From the NCBI GenBank assembly GCA_030390025.1, contig CM059432.1:64358001-64418000 (forward strand): a stretch of DNA of 60,000 nt, in the 5' to 3' direction. Below the pieces are notes generated by a model. It was not told the origin of the DNA and ran no database searches. It saw only the letters and a program-made list of their open reading frames with translations. Below are positions 38,238-50,432 of the stretch, one piece after another. Positions within the stretch are counted from its first letter, which is position 1. Every line of letters begins with the position of its first letter. Position numbers and translations under genes: made by a program. Source of the stretch: Squalus acanthias. Its lineage: Eukaryota.

Positions 38238-41200
38238 CAGTGGCTGTACCATGGCTGGTGGAAGGCTGCTAATGTTCCGTATGGGAGACTGCAGATGACC
38301 TTGCAGGATGACCTCGAGCAGCTCTGGGCCTAGAAGGCCCGGGGGTAGATTGCACCACCCCGGCATGGGCGGCAGCAGTCTGGGCTGGCTGGCTGACAGG
38401 CAGCAGGAAAGGCACTGGCGGAGTGGCAGTGGTGGAAGTATGAATGCTGTCATCCTGAGAGAGGGAAGCAGGTTCTTGCTCCTCAGAGCCATTGCCACTC
38501 CACCTGGGCGGTGCCTCAGAATTCCTGCCCATCCATTGGAGGACAGATTGCTGGACTGCTGTGAGACCCTGCAAGCCCCTTTCCACACTTGCAAACCCAG
38601 CCACTTTGGCATCAGTCTGAGCTTGCGTGGTAGTGAGTTGAGCCTGCAGGAGAACAGTCTGAGCTTCCAGTGCAACACTCAATCAGTGGGTCACTTCCGC
38701 TTGGGTGCTGCAATGGAAGCTGCGACACTGCCCATCACACCCAGCATCATGTTGGTTCCACAAGTGCTCTGATGGAGTTGCCCATCACTTCCATCCTGAA
38801 AATCATGGGCTCCAAGTTCTGCGCAAAGCCCCGTGCAATGTTGGAGCTGGACTCCTCCATGCTCCTTGACACTGACAAGAGGCTCTCTGGCAGGCCTGCC
38901 ATTGCACCTAGCACTTCAGTGTGCATGCCCATCTTCTTCTGAAGGCCGCCCTATTGAAGGTATGATCTGAGTCCTGTACAGCAGAAATCGTGTACAAACT
39001 CCCGGTCCGGGGAGCTGGCACCCAAGCAACCCTTTCCCCCTGCCCTGGCTGCAGCCCACTCCTGCCGGTGACGCACCATATGCAGATCCCGCCTCTATAC
39101 TAACCTCTAAAGTACGCGCAGTGGCATTTTCAGAACTGGTGCCTGGGAGTGTCAAATCGAGTGATGGTGCCTCTTCTTCTCCTTCACTCTCCTCCTCTAT
39201 TACACTGGGGACAGGCTGGGCTGCTGGCAGTTCTTGGGTATCTGAAAGGAGAAATGCACAAGGATTGGGTTGTGGTGAAGGGGAGGGGGGAAGCAAAATG
39301 TGCATGCTTACACCAGCACAGCTTGTAAGTGAGAAGAGATTTTGGGATGAGGGGGAAGTGGGATGTGAGAAGAAAGATTGAGTATGAGCATACCATCACC
39401 TGCAATGCTTTCAACCTCGCCGCTCACCATGGCCTCAGTGACGGTTCCTCTAATTATCTCCAGCACCATCTCCTCCAGCGCAGTGAGGCTTTGAAGACAT
39501 GCCTCCCTTCTGCCTGTCTGCTACTGCTCATGTCTGTTACGCGCCACCTTGGCCTGCTAGAGAAAGGGAAGTGTTTCAGTGAGTGTGGTGCAATTTGTTC
39601 GGGTGATGTGCCTATCATGGTTGTATGTGAGGCTTGCAGCAGTAGGGAAAATGCTAGAATCTATTATTAAGGACGCAGTAACAGGGCACTTAGAAAATAA
39701 CAATAGGATTGGGCAGAGTCAACACGGATTTATGAAAGGGAAATCGTGGTTGACGCATCTGTTAGAGTTTTTTGAGGATGTAACTAGCAGAATAGATAAG
39801 GGGGAACCAGTGGATGTGGTGTATTTGGATTTTCAGAAGGCATTCGATAAGGTGCCAGACAAGAGGTTATTAAGCAAAATTAGGGCTCATGGGATTGGAG
39901 GTAATATACTAGCATGGATTGAGGATTGGTTAACGGACAGAAAACAGAGAGTAGGAATAAACAGGTCATTTTCGGGTTGGCAGGCTGTAACTAGTGGGGT
40001 ACCACAAGGATCAGCGCTTGAGCCTCAGCTATTCACAATCTATATTAATGATTTGGATGAGGGGACCAAATGTAATATATCCAAGTTTGCTGATGATACG
40101 AAGCTAGGTGGGAATGTAAATTGTGAGGAGAATGCAAAAAGGCTTCAAGGGGATATAGACAGGTTAAGTGAATGGGCAAGAACATGACAAATGGAATATA
40201 ATGTGGAGAAATGTGAAGGTATCCACTTTGGTAAGAAAAATAGAAAAGCAGAGTATTTTTTAAATGGTGAGAGATTGGGAAATGCTGGTGTTCAGCGGGA
40301 CCTGGGTGTCCTTGTACACGAATCACTGAAAGTTAACATGCAGGTACAGCAAGCAATTAAGAAAACAAATGGTATGTTGGCCTTTATTACAAGAGCATTT
40401 GAGTATAAGAATAAAGATGTTTAACTGCAATTATATAGGGCTCTGGTGAGACCACACCTGGAGTATTGTGTACAGTTTTGGTCTCCTTACCTAAGGAAGG
40501 ATGTACTTGCCTTCGAGGGAGTGCAATGAAGGTTCACCAGACTGATTCCTGGGATGGGGGGATTGTCCTATGAGGAGAGATTGAGTAGACTAGGCCTATA
40601 TTCTCTGGAGTTTAGAAGAATGAGAGGTGATCTCATTGAAACATACAAAATTCTTACAGGGCTTAACAGGGTAGATGCAGGGAGAATGGGGAGTCTAGAA
40701 CCAGGGGTCACAGTCTCAGAACAAGGGGTTGGCCATTTAGGACTGAGATGAGGAGACATTTCTTCACTCAGAGGGTGGTGAATCTTTGGAAATCTCTACC
40801 CCAGAGCGCTGTGGAGGTTTAGTCGTTGAGTATATTCAAGACAGAGATCGATAGATTTTTGGATATTAAGGGAATCAAGGTATATGGGGATAGTGCAGGA
40901 AAGTGGAGTTGAGGTAGAAGATCAGCCATGATCTTATTGAATGGCGGAGCAGGCTCAAGGGGCCAAATGGCCTACTCCTGCTCCTATTTCTTATGTTCTT
41001 ATGTTATGTAAGTGTGTGAGGGTGAGGTGAAACTATGATTGTGAGGTATGAGTTGTGATTGCTAGAGATTGTTGGTAGGTGAGTGATGGGGGTGTGGTGC
41101 ATTGCGCAGTGTATGAGGCTAGTGGTGCAGTTGGTGGGATATGGCATTTAAAGATACAGTCACTCACCTTGACCACTCGTGAGGTCATTAAACTTCTTGC

Positions 41201-41697
41201 GGCACTGGATCCAGGTCCTCGGGGCAAAGCACGTTGCACTGACGGCTTCTGCTATCTCCTCCCACTGCCTTCTGGTGTTCTGCCAGGAAGGCCTCCTGCC
41301 CCTCTGTGGGTAACGGACCTGTCTTCTTCTGTATACCCCCAGGACCAAGGCCTCCAGTGCTGCAGCAGAGAATCCCCTTGCCCTTTCACTTCCCTGTTGA
41401 GCCATGGCTGCATGCAGAGTGACAATGAAGTGCTTCTGCAACAAAGTACCTCCCCTTTAAGAAGTGCAGAGGGCCCAGGCAAAATTTTATTGACCCGTAG
41501 ACTGCACCTGATGTTGGTCCCCTGTTGAATGCTGAGCCAACCAGCAGCGCGTTTAGCGCCGAGCTCAGCACTCCAATCATTATAATGAGCAGGCAGCATG
41601 AATTTTGCGTTCTGCCTGCAACACTTGGAACGGGCGTGGGCAGATCACGCTTCGTACACCCCGCGCCTGTTTTCAGGCCCAATTCAATTTCACCCGC
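38238..41697 (-). mobile_element. Truncated Harbinger element: Myb/SANT pseudogene (exons ~41168-41405, 39394-39553, 38238-39241) and one terminus, with a CR1 inserted in intron 1
   Basis: ERARGFS...W..IA..V.....RTWIQCRKKFNDL; terminus CAATTTCACCCGC; homologous to 52980-55540; the transposase half is missing. Confidence 0.87.
39644..41008 (+). mobile_element. CR1 LINE 3' portion nested in the Harbinger intron
   Basis: [33 protein letters not shown] and a (ttatgttc) tail. The flanks rejoin as the Harbinger intron seen at 54850-54880. Confidence 0.92.
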
Positions 41698-42545
41698 AAA
41701 AGCTTTATAATTAACATTAATGTCATTTCTAAAAGTTTTCATAATAAAATGCATAATATGTAAGCTTTAAACTACAATAGAGAGAGAGCCAAATGGTACA
41801 GCACAACCTTCTTTGGTCAGTTTTTGTTTAACATAAACTGCAAATTAAATTAGTAAGTGCAGATGTCAGTATTAATGGTGTTTTTTTAATTAATTGGTCG
41901 TTGCTTTATTCCTTTTTTAAGCAATCTACTCAAAGCTAGTATTCACTGTCACAACATAAACCATTAAAATACTAGACATTGGAGCAGTGATTCTGAAGGA
42001 TCTTCCGTAAGGGAAGGCATGATTCTCCCATATTGCGCTGTGGAACAATGTTTTATCGGCAAACAATTGCCATTTCTATTTTCCTCAGCTACTATCTCTC
42101 AGGAGTGATTCTTCTGTCTAGTGTAAATCGATTGGATTTACCAATCCATTCACAGAACAAAACAAGGACAGAAACTGGCGAGCCTTGGGGATTTTGTGTT
42201 CGTAGAACTTTTTTAAACCAAAACAACCATCCACACCCTGGAACTCATACTTCGCTGCCTTAGTTGAATATAAAACTGAACCCCTGATTTTCCCACATTG
42301 TGTAAAGCCCAACAATGGGGAGAATTTTTTTAAGTGTTTTTCCTTGGTACGGAAATGATTGGTTACAGCTCTAATTTGCTCTCTAAGTTAGGGAAGGGGG
42401 TTAAATTAAGAGCTGATAAACTTTAACTTGCTAGTACTTATTAAATTAATAACTTAAACTAAATAAAATAATTAAACAATAAACCTAAAATATCGATTGA
42501 ATAAAATCTTTAACTAATTAATTAATAAATAAAACAAGGTTTGAG

Positions 42546-43503
42546 ATGGCAGGGCAGGTGGTGTGTCATAACTGCAGCATGTGGGAGTCTGTGGAGAGCA
42601 TCACGATCCCGAGCAACCACATCTGCAGTAAGTGTCTGCAACTCGAGGAACTTCGGCTCAGAATTGTTGAGCTGGAGTATGAGCTGCAGACATTGCGATG
42701 CATCAGGGAGGGGGAGAGTTACCTGGACACTTTGTTCCAGGAGGCAGTCACACCCTTTAGGTTAAGTAGTACTTTAGAGTTTGTCAATGGTCAGGGATTG
42801 GAGGGTGTGACTGCGAGTCAGGAAGGTATGGGGACCCAGGATACAGTGATGGAGGAGCCTCAGCCCTGGACCTTGTCCAACAGGTACGAGGTACGTTCTA
42901 CCTGTATGGATGAGGAAAAGGACTGCAGGGAGGATGGGCAAACTGACCACGGCACTGTAGTACAGGGGGCCATCCTAGTGGGGGGAGAAGGAAGGAATGC
43001 GGTAGTGGTAGGGGACAGTATAGTCAGAGGGATAGATACTGTTCTCTGCAGCTGCGAAAGAGTCCCGAAGGCTGTGTTGCCTGCCGGGTGCCAGGGTTAA
43101 GGATATCTCCTCACGGCTGGAGAAGAACTTGGAGTGGGAGGGGGAGGATCAAGTTGTCGTGGTCCATTTAGGAACCAACGACATAGGTAGAACTAAGAAT
43201 CAGGTTCTGCTGAGGCAGTTTGAGGAGCTAGAGTCTAAATTAATAAGCAGAACCACGAGGGTAATAATCTCTGGATTACTACCTGAACCACGTGCAAATT
43301 GGCATAGGGTCAAGCAGATCAGGGAGTTAAATGCGTGGCTCAAAGAGTGGTGTGGGAAAATGGGGTTTCAATTCATGGGGCATTGGCACCAGTACTGGGG
43401 AAAGAGGGAGCTGTTCTGTCGGGACGGGCTCCACTTAAACCGGGCTGGGACCAGCATCCTGGCGAATCGAATAACTAGGGCTGTAGATAGGGCTTTAAAC
43501 TAA
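42546..43503 (+). pseudogene. CR1 ORF1p: zinc finger/leucine zipper + SGNH esterase domain, frameshifted near 43060
   Basis: CHNC...CSKC, LEELRLRIVELEYELQTL, VVGDSIV, HLGTND, DGLHLN. Confidence 0.88.
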
Positions 43504-43621
43504 AAAAGGGGGGGAGGGGTCAAGTGAGGGGAAATTTAGAAATCTAAAGAGAAAGGTCAAGGCAATAGAGCAGTGTAGCGATTTGGGTAAAAATAAGTAG
43601 AGTGTGACAGGAAGAGACAGA

Positions 43622-44401
43622 GGGGTAAAAATTGAGTCGCGCCCCATTTGGGGCGCTAACCTCGCCGGGGCGCTACTTTTAGCGCCCTGAAAAAATTAGC
43701 GGCCCCGCGCCGGAACTTCAGTGGTTGCGCCCCAAGAGGGAAGCGGGGCGCCACTGGAAGCACCCCGCATCCCTCTTGGGGCGCTGCGAGGGAATATCCT
43801 GGCGCTACGTGCCGCAGCGCCAGGCGCCAGGCGCTGCGGCACGTCGCGCCGCGGTATTGCAGGCCTTCCTCCCCTTCTTAAAGGGGAGGGACCCTGCGCA
43901 GCGCGAACCGGGGCCCAGCTGGGCCCCCAGGGATCGGGAGTGCCGGCAAAAGAGCCCGGCACTCAAGAGAAGTGCCGGGCTCTTGGAGCGCAGCCGGCAC
44001 TTCACGGTGGGGGGGCTTCACGGGGGCCGGGGACAGCAACGGGGGCAGGTGCTGGCAGGCGGCCAGCAACAAAAATGGCCGCCTGCCACCTCCCCTTTAA
44101 ATATCGCCGCCCCGGCCGCACGTATGCCTCCCTGAACCCGTCGGACATAGCGTCTGGCGGTAAATCAGGGGGCGCGACTGAAGATCGCGGCTGGAGCGCG
44201 AGCGGGGTGCTGCGCACGGCGATGACGTCATCGCCGGCGGCGCAGCGCCACAGGGCGCTACCTGCTGGCGCCGCCGCTAACCTCCCGCTGAATTTTACGG
44301 GAGGCGTGGGCGGCGCTGCGCCCGGGTGTTAGCTGCTTTACGCCCCATTAGCGCCCTCTTAAGGCGCTAACGGGAGGCGCAAGCAGCTGAATTTTTCCCC
44401 C
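43622..44401. mobile_element. Young CpG-rich Harbinger MITE inserted between CR1 ORF1 and ORF2
   Basis: TIRs GGGGTAAAAATT / AATTTTTCCCCC, exact TSD AGA (43619-43621, 44402-44404), CpGs largely undecayed. Confidence 0.92.
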
Positions 44402-46374
44402 AGAGAGTTTAATGGTAGCAGTACAGCAGAGAATAAGGTCAAAGCAGGGAATAATGGTAAAATTTAAATTAAAGGCTCTTTATCTGAATGCACGAAGCAT
44501 TCGTAACAAGATAGACGAACTAGTGGCACTAATAGAGATAAATGGGTTTAATCTAATAGCCATTACAGGGACATGATTGCAAGGTGGCCAAGGTTGGGAA
44601 CTAAATGTTCCAGGGTACTTGATGTTTTGAAAATACAGGCAGAATGGAAAAGGAGGGGGAGTAGCCCTGATAATAAAGGATGACATAAGGACAGTAGCGA
44701 GAAAGGATCTCGGCTCGGAAGATCAGGAAGTAGAATCAGTATGGGTGGAGATAAGGAATAACAATAGGCAGAAAACACTGGTAGGAGTAGTATATAGGCC
44801 CCCTAACAGTAGCTATACCGTTGGACAGAATATTAATCAAGAAATAGTAGGAGTTTGCAACAAAGGTAATGCAATAATCTTGGGGGACTTTAATCTTCAT
44901 ATAGACTGGACAAATCAAATTGGCAAAGGTAGTCTAGAGGACGAGTTCATGGAATGCATTCGGGACAGATTCCTAGAACAATATGTCATGGAACCAACCA
45001 GGGAACAGGTTATTTTAGATCTTGTTTTGTGTAATGAGACAGGGTTAATTAGCAATCTCATAGTAAAGGAACCTCTGGGGCAGAGCAATCATAATATGAT
45101 AGAATTTCACATTACTTTTGAGAGTGACTTGCCTAAATCCGAAACTAGAGTCTTACACTTAAATAAAGCCAATTACATAGGTATGAGGGGCTAGTTGGCT
45201 AAGGTAGATTGGAAAAATAGATTAAAAGATATGGCGGTAGATAAGCAGTGGCTAGCATTTAAAGAAATATTTCATATTTCTCAACAAAAATACATTCCAT
45301 TGAGAAACAAAAACTCCACGGGAAAAGTGATCCAACCATGGCTAACTAAAGAAGTTAAGGATAGCATTAGATTTAAAGAAGAAGCTTATAATGTTGCAAA
45401 GAATAATAGTAAGCCTGAGGATTGGGAAAGTTTCAGAAACCAGCAAAGGTTGACCAAAAAATTGATAAAAAGGGAAAAAATAGAATATGAGGGAAAACTA
45501 GCAAGAAATATAAAAGCAAATTGTAAGAGTTTGTACAAGTATGTAAAAAGGAAAAGAATACCAAAAGTAAACGTTGGTCCCTTAGAGGCTGAGAAAGGAG
45601 AAATTATTATGGGGAATAAGGAAATGGCAGAAATGTTAAACAAATATTTTGTATCTGTCTTCACAGTAGAAGACACAAAAAGCATACTAAAAATGGTGGG
45701 GAACCAAGGGTCTAATGAGGGTGAGGAACTTAATGTAATTAATATAAGTAGAGAAAACGTACTAGAGAAACTAATGGGACTAAAAGCTCACAAATCCCCT
45801 GGACCTGACAGCCTACATCCTAGGGTTCTAAAAGAGGTGGCTGAAGAGATAGTGGATGCATTGGTTTTGATCTTCCAAAATTCCCTAGATTCTGGAATGG
45901 TCCCAGTGGATTGGAAGGTCGCAAATGTAACACCGCTATTCAAGAAAGGAGGGAGAAAAAAAACAGGGAACTACAGGCCAGTTAGCCTGACATCAGTCGT
46001 CGGGAAAATGCTGGAATCCATTGTTAAGGAAGTGGTATCAAGTCACTTAGAAAATCAAAGCATGATTAGGCAAAGTCAACATGGTTTTATGAAAGGGAAA
46101 TCATGTTTGACAAATTTATTAGAGTTTTTTGAGGATGTAACTTACAGGGTAGATAAAGGGGAACCAGTGTATGTAGTATATTTGGATTTCCAAAAGGCAT
46201 TCGATAAGGTGCCACATAAAAGGTTATTACACAAGATTAGGGCTCATGGGGTTTGGGGTAATATAGTAAGTAGCATGGACAGGGGATTGGTTAACGGACA
46301 GAAAACAGAGAGTAGGGATAAACGGATAATTTTCAGGTTGGCAGGCTGTAACTAGTGGGGTGCCGCAAGGATCA

Positions 46375-47037
46375 AGAAAGCAAACGGAATGATGGCCTTC
46401 ATAGTAAGGGGATTTGAGTACAGGAGTAGGGAGGTGATGCTGCAGTTGTACAGGGCCTTGGTGAGGCCACACCTGGAGTATTGTGCGCAGTTTTGGTCTC
46501 CTAACTTAAGGAAGGACATTCTTGCTATTGAGGGAGTGCAGCGAAGGTTCACTAGATTGATTCCTGGGATGGCCGGACTGACATATCAAGAAAGATTGGG
46601 TCAACTGAACTTGTATCCTCTGGAGTTCAGAAGAATGAGGGGGGATCTTATAGAGACATTTAAAATCCTGACTGGTTTAGACAAATTAGATGCAGGCAGA
46701 ATGTTCCCAATGTTAGGGAAAACTAGAACCAGGGGTCACAGTCTAAGGATTAAGGGGAAGCCATTTAAGACTGAGCTGAGGAGGAACTTCTTCACCCAGA
46801 GAGTGGTGAATCTATGGAATTCTCTTCCACAGAAGGTTGTTGAGGCCAGTTCGCTAAATATATTCAAAAGGGAGTTAGATATAACACTCACAACTAGGGG
46901 GATCAAGGGGTATGGCGAGAAAGCAGGAATGGGGTGCTGAGGTAGCATGTTCAGCCATGAACGCATTGAATGGCGGTGCAGGCTCGAAGGACCGAATGGT
47001 CTACTCCTGTACCTATTTTCTATGTTTCTATGTTTCT
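46375..47037 (+). mobile_element. CR1 3' fragment inserted into the RT of another CR1
   Basis: Splits the GVPQGS|VLGP coding sequence, ATCA duplicated (46371-46374, 47038-47041), has its own (tttctatg)n tail. Confidence 0.9.
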
Positions 47038-47749
47038 ATCAGTGTTGGGGCCTCAGCTATTTACAATCTATATTAATGACCTAGATGAAGGGACCGAGTG
47101 TAATGTATCCAAGTTTGCTGATGATACAAAGCTAGGTGGGAGAGTAAGCTGTGAGGAGAACACAAATGCAAAGAGATATAGATAGACTAAGTGAGTGGGC
47201 AGTAAGGTGGCAGATGGAGTATAATGCAGGGAAATGTGAGGTTATTCACTTTGGTAGGTAGAATAGAAAAACAGAATATTTTTTAAATGGTGAGAAACTT
47301 TCAAATGTTGGTGTTCAGAGAGATTTGGGTGTCCTCGTGCAAGAAACACAGAAAGCTAGCATGCAGGTACAGCAAGCAATAAGGAAGGCAAATGGCATGT
47401 TGGCCTTTATTGCAAGAGGGTTGGAGTATAAGAGTAAGGAAGTCTTGCTGCAATTGTACAGGGCCTTGGTGAGACCACACCTGGAGTACTGTGCACAGTT
47501 TTGGTCTTCTTATCTAAGAAAAGATATACTTGCCTTGGAGGCGGTGCAACGAAGGTTCACCAGATTGATTCCTGGGATGAGAGGGCTGTCCTATGATGAG
47601 AGATTGATGAGAGAAAACAGACTTACAAAGCACCCGATTCAACAAGGAAGCAATTTCACCCTTATTTATTATGTACGTTGAATTGGATATAAATAAACTG
47701 AAAAGTGATCATTCCCTTTACAATAACCTGGGGGGGGGGGCGGGGGGGA

Positions 47750-48337
47750 GGAGATGATTTTCAACTTCTACCCAAAACAGGCCTAAAGCCGGTGTCGGAA
47801 GGTCCAAACCATTTTTGAGTTTGGGCCTCATTTGAATGCAGCTGGTGAGCTGCAGGCGTCACAGGCACTCTGCTGCAGCTCGCTGGTTGTGGGAGGGCAG
47901 GAAATTGTTTATCTCCTATGCCTAGGGGTGGGGGGAGTGGGGGGGAGCCGAGGTCAGAGGGGAATGCCAGTAGTGGTTGACAGTACTTTTGTGAAACCGG
48001 AGTATCCCGAAAAGTATCTGGGCTTTTTGTGGCGTGGCTACCAGCGGTCCCTTTAAGGACCAATAGTTAGTCATGCTCTGCCCATTTATACCTGAGAATT
48101 GCATACAGGGTCCTACAACCTGCGCAGGACCCTGATTTGCATGTGTAAGTGGCCTCCTGCTCAAAACAGACAGGCGTGCTGTTCACTCGTTTACAGATCC
48201 ACCTGAAAATTGTATCAGGCGGACCTTGGGTGTCCATGGAGCAACCGAGGTCCCAACCCTCACCCCACTGATTTTCAACTGCCAGCTGCCCATTTTACAG
48301 GTGAGAAACGGGCACCTGGCAGTTGAAAATCGCCCAC
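47750..48337. mobile_element. Degenerate Harbinger-like MITE
   Basis: Inverted termini GGAGATGATTTTCAACT / AGTTGAAAATCGCCCAC, internal cctgatttgcatg motif shared with other MITEs. Confidence 0.6.
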
Positions 48338-48910
48338 ACAGTCTTGGTCTTTATTTCTTGTCTTAACAGGATACATTGTAACTTGCTGATTACTTACATC
48401 TGATCCAGGTGTTCACCCACATAAATGACAGCATTGCCTCCAGGATTAACTCTCTATGCTACCCACATATACAATTATAGAATACAAATGTAGAAACTGC
48501 TGTCAATACAAACATTTACTCCTATGGCAAAAATATGGTAGTGGCCAACAATAATGATAGTACGGTGGTAGTTGTTGCTGGCATAATTGCTCATCAAAGG
48601 CACAACACACCAAATGACAGTATAGCAAAGGGCTTTGCACTCCTTTTGCAATAGGAATCAGACGTTGGAACCAAGCCAGGTTACTGCCTGTCATAATTCG
48701 GAGGAGATCAGCTGCTTCAATGAGTTTCAGCTGACAGTAAGTTCACTGCAAGGGGATTGCTTTCAGTACTTCCATGGAACTTGACTTAGTGGAGGAGGAC
48801 AAGCAGGAGCAGGGAAGGGCTGGCAGAAATGTCAAATGGCACCAAAGGAATACTATCTGGAATTAGAATTATAAAATGTTACTGACAGAAACAGGCCATT
48901 GGTCTATCAA

Positions 48911-49138
48911 AAGCAAAATACTGCGGATGCTGGAAATCTGAAATAAAAACAGAAAATGCTGGAAATACTCAGCAGGTCAGGCAGCATCTGTGGAGAGAGA
49001 AACAGAGTTAACGTTTCAGGTCAATGACCCTTCATCAGAACTGACAAAGGGTCATCGACCTGAAACGTTAACTCTGTTTCTCTCTCTACAGATGCTGCCT
49101 GACCTGCTGAGTATTTCCAGCATTTTCTGTTTTTATTT
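48911..49138. mobile_element. Palindromic Penelope-derived short insertion with hammerhead motifs
   Basis: ~100-bp inverted arms centred near 49038, flanked by the direct repeat CATTGGTCTATCAA (48897-48910, 49139-49152), with a CTGATGA...GAAAC core on the minus strand. Confidence 0.8.
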
Positions 49139-50297
49139 CATTGGTCTATCAACCCGGGCACAGCTACCTTACAATGAATGTAGAGCACTGTCTCTGGAAC
49201 AGGGGTACTGCTGGAGCTTAACAAGCTAAAGTTTCACAGTCTATCAGCAGAGACCACTGGTAAGCTTCTCACTGCTTATCCAGCTAGGACTATCCTACCC
49301 ATTGCAGCATTGACTTGTAGAGTTATCTGAACCTGAATTCCAGCTGCCAGTGACAGGCCTACCCCTCCGAATTCCATTAGCAAGGTGCTGTGGATGCGCC
49401 TGACTAAAGATTTTGCACGACCAAGTCTGCCACAGGGGGTTGACATAGTTCCAACGTCCATTGTCAGGTGTGTCATCTCAAAGCCACGTTGATCCGAAGT
49501 AAACCCCACTTATCTCCCCTCCCCAAGAGGATAGTCATTAGTTGGTAATTAGACAACTAAAATGCATTAGTCTGAGCTCTCACTAGGCAGACAGCAAGTA
49601 TCAGGAGCTGCTCATAAATGGCATAGTGAGCAGTGCAACTCACCATAAAATGTGAAAGGCTATTGCCATCATCTCTCTGATGTCATCAAATGGTAGTTTC
49701 ACCAATTGAGGGTACAGATCTTAAGCAGCAGCTGCTTGACTTTCCTCAATCCAATCACGGTAGACACTGAGCCCTGGATACATAAGTACATGTTTTCATA
49801 ACCAGCCTCCAGGTAATGCCTGTCAGCAACTGTCATCCCAAGTTTCATAGTTTATTAATCAGATGTATGACAAGCATCTGCCTTCAGTGTGATGGAAGGA
49901 CCTACACAGGATAGTTTGCAATGTGCCAGCCACCTCTGAAAAAATGGGCATTTGAGCCTTTTTTTCTGCTTCAGAGGCCCCATTTTCTATTTGAACCAGC
50001 TCCTACAGGAAAAGTGCTGCCTTTCTGTTGCCATTACATTTGAACATATTAAAAACTGTACTTAATGTTTTGTGGGGAAGGGCATATTTTTCATCCATAG
50101 CACAAATACAATGTGCATTTCAGGCTTTTATAATCTATATTATTTTGTATACCTTATGTATTAAACATTAGTGCCAGGATGAAAAATGCTGCCTGCAGTA
50201 TTTAGAAACATGAGGTAACACAGAATACTGGTACCACTTACAACTAAAACAATGTCAATTTTGCTCAAATCAGTCTAATCTTTTTCTTTTTTTCAAG

Positions 50298-50432
50298 ACA
50301 AAGACAGGAATTTGTTTGCTACAAGATGGAACTCAAGAGCCTTTTGAAGTGCGATTGCACTTAGCAAAGGACATTTTAACAATTCAGGAGCAAGACGTTA
50401 TCTGTGTGTCTAGTGAAGCCTTCTATTCTAGT
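50298..50432 (+). CDS. SNTG1: Gamma-1-syntrophin, second coding exon (135 nt, TKTGICLLQDGTQEPFEVRLHLAKDILTIQEQDVICVSSEAFYSS)
   Basis: Polypyrimidine tract and AG at 50296-50297, donor GTAAGT at 50433. The translation is nearly identical to human SNTG1 as recalled (TKTGICLLQDGNQEPFKVRLHLAKDILMIQEQDVICVSGEPFYSG). Confidence 0.96.

Larger units (their letters stand above)
42400..47607 (+). mobile_element. Near full-length CR1 LINE (ORF1 + ORF2), 3'-truncated, with two nested insertions
   Basis: ORF1 42546-43503. ORF2 from ~44460 has APE motifs (YLNARSI, YRPP, GDFN, NHN) and RT motifs ([18 protein letters not shown]). No CR1 tail after 47607. The 5' boundary is approximate. Confidence 0.92.

Noticed and set aside
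43696..44332. Overlapping GC-rich ORFs (also 592-1278, 1601-2012, 10074-10837)
   Set aside because: These are low-complexity Gly/Pro/Ala/Arg ORFs arising by chance in GC-rich MITEs, with no recognisable domains.
45195..46355. Intact, active CR1 ORF2
   Set aside because: Stops and frameshifts lie upstream, a nested insertion splits the RT, and the 3' tail is missing.
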